From an uncultured Actinomycetota bacterium (GTDB lineage: Bacteria; Actinomycetota; Acidimicrobiia; Spongiisociales; UBA5794): DNA of 64,000 nt. The DNA is taken from positions 7,187 to 71,186 of the forward strand of contig CAWIHT010000014.1 in the NCBI GenBank assembly GCA_963836085.1. The letters run 5' to 3'. A program made the translations under genes and the position numbers. Shown in pieces: positions 19,468 to 28,706 of the stretch. Positions within the stretch are counted from its first letter, which is position 1. Each line of letters starts with the position of its first letter. The notes beneath the pieces are model-generated. The model worked only from the letters and a program-made list of their open reading frames with translations. It did no database searches and had not been told where the DNA came from.

Positions 19468-19977
19468 GTACCGGCAAAGGGTTGGGCGGGGAAACAGAAG
19501 GTCGGCCAAGACTCCTGGGTTGGAATGGGTCCAGCCTCTGGTCAGCCAATCTGGATGACGAGGCGCCTCGGATCGGGCCAGGGGCGCGGGAGAGGCGAGC
19601 GATTCCTCCTCGTCGAATGTGTCGACAAGGGTGGCACGACTAGCCTCGAAACTCGTCGTCAATCGTCCACCGCTAGGCCGCACCACAAGGAAACGCGTGA
19701 TGCCGTCCCAGAACCTTCTCCGTACGCAGGCTCCTTCATCCAACCACGCTTTTCGTCAGAAGCGTCGCATCAAGTTCCGATCGGCGGATCTGCTGTCGCC
19801 CAGCGCGCACGCCGGGAGTTGGACGTGACCTCAACCAAGTCAGCAACCGCCGAGTGACGCCACCTCAACTCCACCACTCAACGGAACACTGCCAAGGTCA
19901 GGGGTCTCGTGAGGTCTGGCAGTCAGTCCTGGCGCTGTGGGGATTGGTAGCCTCTGTTGAGCGATTGGAGGATCGCG

Positions 19978-21459
19978 ATGACCAGGCTGGAGATTCAGAA
20001 CCCGCGGACGGGGCGGTGGTCGGGTCGGTGCCGGTCGCAACTCCGGATGAGGTCCGAACTGCTGTCGAGGACGCTCGCGGGGCCTTCGTCGATTGGTCTG
20101 CGTTGAGCCACGCCGAGCGGCGACCGTTCCTGAAGGCGTTCAAGCGTGTCGTGGTCGCCAATGCAGACCACATCGCCGATGTGGTGTGTTCCGAGACGGG
20201 GAAGGACCGTGTCGACGCCTATACGAGTGACATCATGCCGGCGCTATCCGTCATGGATTACTACGCCCGGAAGGCCGGCGAGCTGCTCAAACCGGTCTCG
20301 GGGGGATGGTGGCCCTACCCCATGGTCAAGCGCTGGACCGAGTACCACCCACGAGGGGTGGTCGGGGCGATTACGCCGTGGAACGTCCCGTTCTTCCTGA
20401 CGATGCTCCCGGTGTTCACCGCGGTAGCGGCCGGCAACGGGGTGGTGGCCAAACCATCAGAGATCACCCCGCTCAGTGGGCAACTGTGTGTTGAGCTCGC
20501 CGCCGAGGCCGGGTTGCCGAAGGGTCTGATACGAGTCGTGCATGGAGCCGGGGAGACGGGGCAGGCCCTGATTGCTGCGCCGGTGGATATCGTGTGGTTC
20601 ACCGGTTCCACCGCCAACGGGCGCGCAGTGGCCGTCGCGGCGGCCGAGAGACTCATACCGGTCGTTCTTGAACTCGGTGGCAACGACGCGATGGTCGTTC
20701 TCGAGGACGCCGACCTGCGAGCGGCCGCCCAGTGCGCAGTGTGGGCGGCCACCTACAACGCCGGTCAGATATGTATGTCCGTCGAGCGGGTCTATGTCCC
20801 CGAGTCCGTCTACGAACCGTTCCTTGCCGAGATCGATGCGGCCATGGAGAACGTCGCCGCCGGTACAGGTGACAATAGAGGATGTCGGCGCCATCACCGA
20901 TCCCCGCCTACTCGACGTGCTCGACCGTCAACTCGCAGATGCTGTGGCCAAGGGTGCCGAGATCCGATGGGGTGGATCCCGGGTCGAAGGAACCGAGGGG
21001 ACCTTCTTCGCACCCACCGTGCTGACAAAGGTGGATCACTCGATGGACCTGATGCAGGGGGAGACTTTCGGTCCGGTGCTGCCGGTCATGGCAGTGCCGG
21101 ACGAGGACACCGCTCTGCAGCTCGCAAACGCAGGGAGCTTCGGGCTGCATGGATCTGTGTGGTCGGCGGACAAGAAGCGCGCCGCGAGATGGGCCTCCAA
21201 GATCGAGTCCGGAACTGTGGCCGTGAACGATCACCTCATCAATCCCTTCATCCCGGACCTCCCGTTCGGGGGGATCAAGGACTCGGGCTACGGCCGAGAA
21301 CTGGGACCAGAAGGGATTCGAGAGTTCTGCTACATCAAGAGCATCACTTCACCGCGGCTGATTCCCACGACACGACTGTTGGGCGGCTTGCGATGGATGC
21401 CGCGTCGGCTCGGAGCCCGGTACTGGCGAGCCGTGGCGAAATCGCTATTCCGCTGGTGA
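19978..21459 (+). CDS. aldehyde dehydrogenase family protein, with two apparent frameshifts (about 20010-20013 and 20874-20875)
   Basis: The ATG at 19978 lies 5 nt after GGAGGA ('MTRLEIQNPRTG'), then the frame shifts to 'AVVGSVPVATPDEV...'. Motifs 'ELGGNDAMVV' and 'NAGQICMSVERVYV'. The second frame reads 'IEDVGAITDP...GETFGPVLPVM...FGLHGSVWS...PFGGIKDSGYGRE'. Confidence 0.85.
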
Positions 21460-21895
21460 CCGGGCCACCATCGGGGTGTCTGGCGGTTCTTCCCGGTGCG
21501 AGAGCAGTATCAGAGCTGCGCCGAGATTCACAACTCAAACGAAGCGCCTGATGCGAGAGAGTCTTCGCATGAATCCCGAGAGGCCTCTGGCATCACCTGC
21601 GCAAGCGTTTCGTCTCGACGCCTGCCCCCAAGGTGGCGCTCATCACGCCGCAAGCAGGAAGTGGCGGAACATCTACACCCTGTCGGAATCACCGACGGGC
21701 CACGGGGTGTCCGGCAGCGGCACCGGAAGGACGATCTGGCCGGGCGATGAAGCGGCTCAAGGGACCGGCCGGGCTGGTGGCGACCTGGCATTCGTCGATG
21801 CGCTCGACGCGCCGTACGAGGTGGGACAGTGGTGTGTCGGGTACGGGTACTGGCTGGGAGATCGGTCATCCGCGCCGGATCACGTGTGAGCCCAT

Positions 21896-22910
21896 TCACT
21901 CTTCTGTCAGAAGCCGCGCCGCCTCCATGATGCGATCTGCGCTGGGAAGGACCCGGTCCTCGAGGTGCCGGGCATAGGGGATGACCGATTCGCTGCCGAT
22001 GCGGCCGAAGCGCACGGTCGTGCCGGATTCGGCAATCAGGGCGGCGATCTCGCCGGAGAGCCCGAAGGCGAGGTAGTCCTCGTCGACGACGAGGACCCGG
22101 CCGGTATGGCGGGCGGCCTCGAGGATGGCGGTGCGGTCGAGAGGTACCACGCTGCGCAGGTCGATGACAGCGGCGTCGATGCCCCGGTCGGCAAGTTGCT
22201 CCGCCGCTTCGAGGGAGCGATGGACACCGACCCCGAGGCTCAGGATGGTTAGGTCCGCGCCATCCCGTCTCGTGGCCGCCGTACCGATCGGGACGACGCG
22301 CAGCGGCGAATTGACTTCACCGCGGGCTCCGGCGGAGGGCACGTCGAAGGTCACGGTTGTGCGGTCCGATCCGCCCATGAACTGCAGCCACTGTTGCGAT
22401 AGCAGTTTGTGTTCGAGGAATACGACCGGTCCGTCGTGCTCCAGTGCGGCGAGCATGAGACCGGCACCGTCGGCGGGCGTGGAGGGGACCACAACGGTGA
22501 GACCGGGGATTCCGGCAAGGAGTCCCCACAGCGACTGCTCGTGCTGTCCTGCGTCTCCGTATCCGCCGCCACATGCCGACCGGATCACCATCGGGACGTT
22601 CACGATTTCCGCCGGAGAGCGTCTTGATCATGGCGGCTTCATTGAGGATTGCGCTCATCGCGACGCCGATGAAGTCGACGAGCATGATCTCTACGAGGGG
22701 CCGAAGTCCCGCCATCGCGGCGCCTACGGCGGCGCCGAGGAATGCCGACTCGCTGATGGGGGTGGCCCGAACCCGGTCGGGTCCGAAACGGAGCAGCAAG
22801 CGGCGACGGAGAATGGGGACGTCCTCGCCGAAGACGATGATCCTTTCGTCGGCGGCCATGGCGGTCGCAATCGCTGTGTCGATGGCCTCACCGAACTCAA
22901 GTGTTGTCAT
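21896..22910 (-). CDS. 2-oxoacid (pyruvate/acetoin/branched-chain) dehydrogenase E1 beta subunit, with an apparent frameshift near 22604-22608
   Basis: The N-terminal part 'MTTLEFGEAIDTAIATAMAADERIIVFGEDV...PISESAFLGAAVGAAMAGLRP...' lies in one frame. The rest, 'VNVPMVIRSACGGGYGDAGQHEQSLW...', is ORF 21896..22603. The start overlaps the E1 alpha stop (ATGA, 22907-22910). Confidence 0.85.
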
Positions 22911-24031
22911 TGTTCGTCCCGGAGAGTGTGCAGGGCGGAGGCCACGGCGGCGTCGATTTCGTCGGCAGCCGTGGTTGTGATCCGCCGCCGAGTGTCTGCG
23001 GGCAGACGCCGGGCGGCGGCACGAAGCGGATCTCTGCTCTTGACAAGTCGATGCACTGCCAGGCGGCCGATCGTTGAGCTCATCGTGAGCAGCCCGGAGA
23101 GGCGATCCCGCGTGGGTCCTCCAATCGGGTCGCGCAGCGCCGCGATCATGTCGGGTATCTCCGCTCTCAGGCTCGCCGGGTGTGCCGCGGCTCGCATCAG
23201 AGGGTCGTCTTCGAAGTGACCCGTGGGTCGCCAGCATGACGCAACCAGGAACCCAGGTCCTCTGCCCCGGCGAGCGTTGCTGATCAATCTGCCGGCAGCG
23301 CTCCACACCCTGTCCACCCTGGCGCCGTTCACCTGAACTGCGGGCATACCGAAAGCAGCGGCCCTGCGCTGAATCCGACCACCGGTCATCGTCGATGTCC
23401 GCGTGGTGATCGCCCAGGTGCTGTCCTTGCAGACGAACACCACCGGCAGGCGCCACACGACCGCGAGGTTGAGCGATTCCATCAGCATGCCCTGGTTCAC
23501 GGCGCCTTCACCAAAGAAAGCAATAGCCACCCGCCCCGGGCCGGTGGCCGAGAGAGCCAGTGCGAAGCCGCACGCCGTGGGTCCCGATGCCCCCACGATG
23601 CCGGAGGATGCGGCCATGCGGTCGGGGTCGAAAAGGTGCATGTGCCCGCCGTGGCCCCGGCAGAGGCCTTGGTCGTGTCCCAGCATCTCCAGGATGAGCC
23701 GGGTGGGGTCGGTCCCGCTGCCGATTAGTGCTGGAGTCGGCCGATGGTCAAGAGCTAGGCCGTCTCCGGGGCCGAGGTGTTCGATGACCCCGGCGGCGAT
23801 GGCTTCCTCGCCAATGCCCAGGTGTAGCTCACCGGAAATCAACCCCTGTTGCCACAGGGCAGCGAGCGCCTCCTCGAAGCAGCGCATCCGCACCATCTGG
23901 CGGTAGAGCCGCTCCAGCGGCACCGGGGAGCGGTCACCCAACTCCATGAGGTCAGCATACGCTGATGCAGTCGAGGGGATGGTTGGAGTGGCGTTCACCG
24001 TCACCCAGATATCGCCGTTCATCCACCGCAC
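22907..24031 (-). CDS. thiamine-diphosphate-dependent 2-oxoacid dehydrogenase E1 alpha subunit
   Basis: 'LYRQMVRMRCFEEAL...GELHLGIGEEA', 'GIVGASGPTACGFALA' and 'AIAFFGEGAVNQGMLMESLNLAVVWRLPVVFVC' are typical E1 alpha motifs. The true start may be an internal Met (e.g. 'MELGDRSPV'). Confidence 0.85.
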   Translation of the reverse strand: MRWMNGDIWVTVNATPTIPSTASAYADLMELGDRSPVPLERLYRQMVRMRCFEEALAALWQQGLISGELHLGIGEEAIAAGVIEHLGPGDGLALDHRPTPALIGSGTDPTRLILEMLGHDQGLCRGHGGHMHLFDPDRMAASSGIVGASGPTACGFALALSATGPGRVAIAFFGEGAVNQGMLMESLNLAVVWRLPVVFVCKDSTWAITTRTSTMTGGRIQRRAAAFGMPAVQVNGARVDRVWSAAGRLISNARRGRGPGFLVASCWRPTGHFEDDPLMRAAAHPASLRAEIPDMIAALRDPIGGPTRDRLSGLLTMSSTIGRLAVHRLVKSRDPLRAAARRLPADTRRRITTTAADEIDAAVASALHTLRDEQ

Positions 24032-24492
24032 ATACGAGGTGCGAGGACCGAACGACGGTGCTCAACTGCTCCGCGAGAATTGCGCCGAGGTTCGCGCCCG
24101 CACTCCCGATGATCGCAACGCATTCCTGGAGTGGTGTGACGATCACCGAACGTGCGCTCTGCGACCCCGCTGTGAACTCCGGAATTGAAATCGGCACCCG
24201 CCCGTGGGGTGAACCGATGTTCAGCGGACCAGATCGTTGCGATCTCCCCGGCTGATCAGCGGGGATCCTTGCTGCAGTCCCCGGTGCCATCCTCCAGGCT
24301 TCGTGGACCACCACGACAGTGTGCTGCCGCAGCGCTGCTGAATATGTGTGAAGCGGATCCGCGCGACGCTTTGGCCACGATGCGTGTTGCGATCTCCGAA
24401 TGCCACGGCGGACGGTCTCGCTCGGATCGCATGGCCGCCCATACGTGCCTGATTGATGATGTGGGGGTGATTCCGTTGGAAGCGGCTTGGGC

Positions 24493-25098
24493 TCAGTTCT
24501 GTGGCACGACTTGGCGGACGGTATCGGAGAGTTCGGGGCAGAAGACGTTGGATGCACCGGACACGGCAAGCCCGGTGAAGAAGAGCAGCTCGTCTGGATC
24601 GTCGGTGACGACTGTGGCCCCAATCAGGATTGTGTCGAGCATCGCTTCTGGCGATAACCCTTCGTCGGCCCATGCACAGATAGCGAGCGTCGCATAGAGA
24701 GCGTAGACATTGCCCTCGTCAGTATCGAAGACGGGTGCCCAAATGCTGTCGTGTTCCATCGCGACGCCGAGGTTTGCTTCGTTGAAGGCCTGTACCTGGT
24801 CAAGGACCACATCGTGTGACGCGATCCACCGGTCTCCTGCCTCTGCGATGTCGGTCTGTGCTGCATCGGGATCGATCGTCCCGACGGTCGTTGTCGCGGC
24901 GATCGTCGTGCTGGTCGTTGTCGACTCCGACGTTGTGGTAGTTGTCGGCGACGTTGTCGTGGTAGTGGCAACCGTGACGGGGTGTGGAGGCCCGGTTGTC
25001 GTCGTCTCCTCTGCGCCTGTCCCGGTAGTGCTGCACCCGACAAGCGCCAGAGTCACAACGACACCCAGGAGCGGAGACCCGACCAAGTGCCAGTTCAC
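24493..25098 (-). CDS. lipoprotein, unknown function
   Basis: Lipobox 'LALVGCSTTG', a Thr-rich linker and a ~110-aa globular C-terminal domain. GTG start. Confidence 0.7.
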   Translation of the reverse strand: MNWHLVGSPLLGVVVTLALVGCSTTGTGAEETTTTGPPHPVTVATTTTTSPTTTTTSESTTTSTTIAATTTVGTIDPDAAQTDIAEAGDRWIASHDVVLDQVQAFNEANLGVAMEHDSIWAPVFDTDEGNVYALYATLAICAWADEGLSPEAMLDTILIGATVVTDDPDELLFFTGLAVSGASNVFCPELSDTVRQVVPQN

Positions 25099-25146
25099 CG
25101 TTCCGCACCCCTGCGATGTGGTCGCACGCCTGGTTGGGTTTGGCTC

Positions 25147-26799
25147 CTACCACCAATCATCGTATTCGGAGTCTTGAGTTGGGATAGGTCCAACGATGGG
25201 GGCGAGTCGCCCGACGGTTCCTGAGCACGACCAGTCGGACCCGAATGCTCCGCTGCACGTCCACTCCCACGGGTCCGATGGGAAGACGCTAGCGGAGCAG
25301 GAAAGTGCGGTGCCGCTGCCGCCATCGCATTCCCAGGTTTCGTTCTCCGAGTCGCTCTTGTCGATGTTGCCTTCGGCTTCGAATGACGTGTTTGAACCGT
25401 ACTGCACAACTGACCAGGATTCATCCGCACTATCGCTGGTGTCGATGTTCCCTGTACACAGGGAATCACCGAGTTCGGCGTCGCAGGCCCAGGTTTCGAC
25501 ACCGCTACCGCTAGGACGTTTGTCGATGTCGCCGGAACAGGCCCACGATATGGGATCGCGACCGAGCGGGTCCCCAGACGGCGTGCACGTCCAAGTCTCG
25601 ACGGCAGTGTCGAGGGTGTCGGTATTTCCCGAACAATCCCGAGACCCGTCGGGATTGACCGTGCAGTCCCAGGACACGTTCGGAAGAGTGGTTGTTGTGG
25701 TCGTCGTTGTTGTGGTCGTTGGCACGGATGGGATGGCGGACAGCTTGAAGTTGTCGCGCAGCAGGAGATTCTGGAGTTCATCGCCCGAAATGCCTGCCCA
25801 CATCTCGAGACTGTGCCAGCCGGGATCCCGGTCTTCTCCGTTGACGTAGAAGTAGAACGTCCAACCGATCGGGGAACTGCCGATGTAGTGGTAGTCCGCG
25901 GCTGTGCAATTGCCTGACACCGGACAGCTGCTCACCGGGCTGCCAGCCGGGCCGAGCCACCGGAACGAAACGACATTCGGCCACGACGCCTGCGCCCATG
26001 TCGAGTTGTACACGGTCGCAGCGACGCACCGCTGATCAAGGGAGAACTCCTCTCCAGTCGTCGCCGTGTCACATGCTCTGAATGTCACAGACGGACCAAA
26101 CTCGGGCAGCGTCGTTCCGGTGGTTCCCCCCGTTGTCGAGGTTGTCGTCGAGTCCGGGGGTGGCGGTGTGATCGGTGCGAGCTTCAGTGCCCGTGAGAGG
26201 AACGACGCCATCTGATCGCGCAACACCGGACTGGTCGGACAGTACCGGTCATTCGTCGGAGGGTTGCAGCCCCTCGTCACACCGGCCGTACCGAGACGAT
26301 CGATGTCCGCCTCGAAGATACTGCCATCGTCATCGACGAACAGATCACCGCCCCCGTTGTCGGTGTAACCGAAGGCACGGACAAGGAACGCAGCCATCTG
26401 GCCACGCGTGACCTTGCCATCGGGACAGTACAGGGTGTTCGTGGGCGGGTTACAGCCCCTCGTGATCCCCGCAGCAGCCAACCGATTGATGTCACCCTCG
26501 AACGTCGTGCCGTCGTCATCCAAGAAGAAATCCGTGGCCGTAGCGGGGAGACTCAACGCGCGAGTCAAGAACGCAGCCATCTGGCCCCTGGTCACTGTTG
26601 ACGCCGGGCAGTACAGGGTGTTCGCTGGCGGATTGCAGCCCTTCGTGATCCCTTCGGCGGCGATCGCCTCGATGTTGCCCTCATGGATGTTCCCATCATC
26701 GTCGGTGAACGTCCCACCAGGCGGCAACGCCGCCAACGCGGCACCAACCACCACCGCACACAGGCCGACAACTAGAACAAGAAGAAACATCCGCCGCAC
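25147..26799 (-). CDS. secreted protein: signal peptide, three Cys-containing SLH-like repeats, central domain, C-terminal W-x-C repeat array
   Basis: The GTG at 26799 ('VRRMFLLVLVVGLCAVVVGAALAALPPGG') parallels the start of 9612..10790 (an ATG alternative is at 26790). Three SLH-like repeats, a TTTTT linker, and 5-6 short 'ETW.C...C.GNID' repeats in the last 176 aa. Confidence 0.85.
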   Translation of the reverse strand: MRRMFLLVLVVGLCAVVVGAALAALPPGGTFTDDDGNIHEGNIEAIAAEGITKGCNPPANTLYCPASTVTRGQMAAFLTRALSLPATATDFFLDDDGTTFEGDINRLAAAGITRGCNPPTNTLYCPDGKVTRGQMAAFLVRAFGYTDNGGGDLFVDDDGSIFEADIDRLGTAGVTRGCNPPTNDRYCPTSPVLRDQMASFLSRALKLAPITPPPPDSTTTSTTGGTTGTTLPEFGPSVTFRACDTATTGEEFSLDQRCVAATVYNSTWAQASWPNVVSFRWLGPAGSPVSSCPVSGNCTAADYHYIGSSPIGWTFYFYVNGEDRDPGWHSLEMWAGISGDELQNLLLRDNFKLSAIPSVPTTTTTTTTTTTLPNVSWDCTVNPDGSRDCSGNTDTLDTAVETWTCTPSGDPLGRDPISWACSGDIDKRPSGSGVETWACDAELGDSLCTGNIDTSDSADESWSVVQYGSNTSFEAEGNIDKSDSENETWECDGGSGTALSCSASVFPSDPWEWTCSGAFGSDWSCSGTVGRLAPIVGPIPTQDSEYDDWW

Positions 26800-27531
26800 A
26801 ATTGCCCCTATCTCACGACACTCAAATCCACCAACAGCCTCACCGCCAACTCGAATCGAAACCAGAGGCAAGAGACCCGAAACACTCCACAACAACCGAA
26901 GAAACAACAGCCCACATAGGAGATTCAATATGGGCGGCATGCTTGAGTTGTCGATCTTGCCCACAGGCGCATCCACGAGTGCCCACAATGGGCCGAACCA
27001 CCGGTGGCCAAGATCTGGTCAAGGTCGAATCGTCGAGGCAGGCGACGTGTCCGCCGAACATGCTCGAGGCCGTCTCAACGGTCAGTTGCCAGCCGGTCCG
27101 AGGACCGTCGATCGATCCGCAACACAGCAACCAAAGGTGCAATGCGTGCGCCAGGACCGCACGAATTCGCCACACATGTGCGGCGCCCCCTGCGCACCGT
27201 TTCCGACTTCTGGCGAGGATCGTTGCACCTGAGCGACGCGGTTCAGACTGATCCGGCTTGCTGAATCGTCGACCAGCGCACACGCCCGGGCGGGGCCGCC
27301 CCATGGCCCGCAACGGATCCGGACTCCGGCAAACAGCCCAAAGTCGGCACGCTATCCCGACGAAGCGTTGCGACTCGAATGTCCAATCGTCGAGCGCCAC
27401 TCGACCGGATCCAGAATTGGCGCTCGCCCACCCAAGTCGGTCAATAATCGGCGGTCGCGTCGCACATCGAGACACCCGTTGCAGGAATTGCGGGGCTGGT
27501 CGGCTCGACAGGTGTGAGGTAGGGTCGGCCG

Positions 27532-28443
27532 ATGCGTGTTGGTCTCATCGCTCAGCTCCACGGTCGCCCAGGAGGCGACCTCAACCCGTCATGGCGTTCA
27601 GTGCGTGACCTCGCCTCGAAGTGCGAGGAAGTCGGGTTTGAAATGTTCGTCTTCGAGGATGTCCTCATGTATCGAGGCGAGACAACCACCGACGGCTGTT
27701 GGGAATCGATGACGATCGCTGGCGCTATTGCTGCCTCAACAACCACGATCCGATTCGGACAATCAGTGGTCAACGCCCCATATCGGAGCCCCGCCCTGAC
27801 GGCGAGTATGGCGACAACTCTCGACGAGATCTCAAGCGGCAGGTTCGTGTTGGGCATCGGCGCCGGCAACTCGCCGGCGTCGGACTATGAGGGATTCGGA
27901 TTCCCGACCGATCGCCGATACTCGAGATTCGCTGAGAGCATCGAGATCATCCACACCCTGCTGCGTCAAGGCCGAGCGGACTACAACGGTGAGTTCTACT
28001 CCGCCAAGCGGGCAGAACTCGTTCTCCGAGGACCATCGCCGCATGGCCCCGAGATCAACATCGCCGCCGGAGGACCTCGAATGTTGCAGCTCGTCGCTCG
28101 GTATGCCGATGCCTGGAACTGGTGGACATGGGACGAAACGATCGACGAAGCCCTTGGCCGATTGACACCGCTCATGGCCCAACTCGATGCTGCATGCGAA
28201 GCCGAGGGCAGAGACCCAGCCACTCTCGATAGAACGCTTGACCTGTACTCAGTGACACCGCCCGGACTGTCGCCAGCCTCAGAGATGCGCCAACCACTCG
28301 CCGGAAACGTCGACGAACTCACCGACGCACTCCTCCGTCTTGAGAGCGCTGGATTCCACGAGGTTCGCTGCGACCTCACGGACAAGACGACAGCCGGTGT
28401 CGAATCCATGACACCCGTTGTCCAAGCCCTCCACCGCGCGTAG
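27532..28443 (+). CDS. LLM-class (luciferase-like) flavin/F420-dependent oxidoreductase
   Basis: 'TIRFGQSVVNAPYRSPALTASMATTLDEISSGRFVLGIGAG' and 'FYSAKRAELVLRGP' match the typical LLM family pattern. Confidence 0.8.
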   Translation: MRVGLIAQLHGRPGGDLNPSWRSVRDLASKCEEVGFEMFVFEDVLMYRGETTTDGCWESMTIAGAIAASTTTIRFGQSVVNAPYRSPALTASMATTLDEISSGRFVLGIGAGNSPASDYEGFGFPTDRRYSRFAESIEIIHTLLRQGRADYNGEFYSAKRAELVLRGPSPHGPEINIAAGGPRMLQLVARYADAWNWWTWDETIDEALGRLTPLMAQLDAACEAEGRDPATLDRTLDLYSVTPPGLSPASEMRQPLAGNVDELTDALLRLESAGFHEVRCDLTDKTTAGVESMTPVVQALHRA

Positions 28444-28706
28444 CGAACCACCCTTGTCGTCTGCGGTCTCCGATCCCCAACTCGCGCGGTCACGTTCCGT
28501 TTCGAGGTGTGTGAGCTGTACGGGACGTGACAGCCGATGCCTCACCCGCTCGAACGGACAAACCGACCCCAGTCGAGCTACTCCGGCCAGATCAAACAGC
28601 ACACGCCGACCGACCCGGCCATCCACTGCCGAACGCATCATCCTCTCAATCGGGAGTGTGCAGAATCGTGAGGGACTCGACTCTTCGCGGTCGCCGACAT
28701 CGACCG

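Noticed and set aside
21460-21895. 137-aa ORF (21476..21889) in the convergent gap between the ALDH and E1 beta genes.
   Set aside because: It is Arg/Gly/Ser-rich with no motif and no RBS seen, and it lies in a terminator-type convergent intergenic region.
24032-24492. ORFs 23952..24623 (-) and 24185..24697 (+) upstream of E1 alpha.
   Set aside because: They overlap each other and the neighbouring lipoprotein gene, have skewed P/S/R composition and no recognisable domain. The region is treated as a promoter or intergenic region.
26930-27232. 100-codon + strand ORF preceded by AGGAG-N7-ATG in the 730-nt region between the SLH gene start and the LLM gene.
   Set aside because: The translation is low-complexity (G/R/P/S/T-rich), and third-position G+C (about 64% by hand count) is lower than in neighbouring genes. 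No motif was found. It may be non-coding 5' leader or promoter space.
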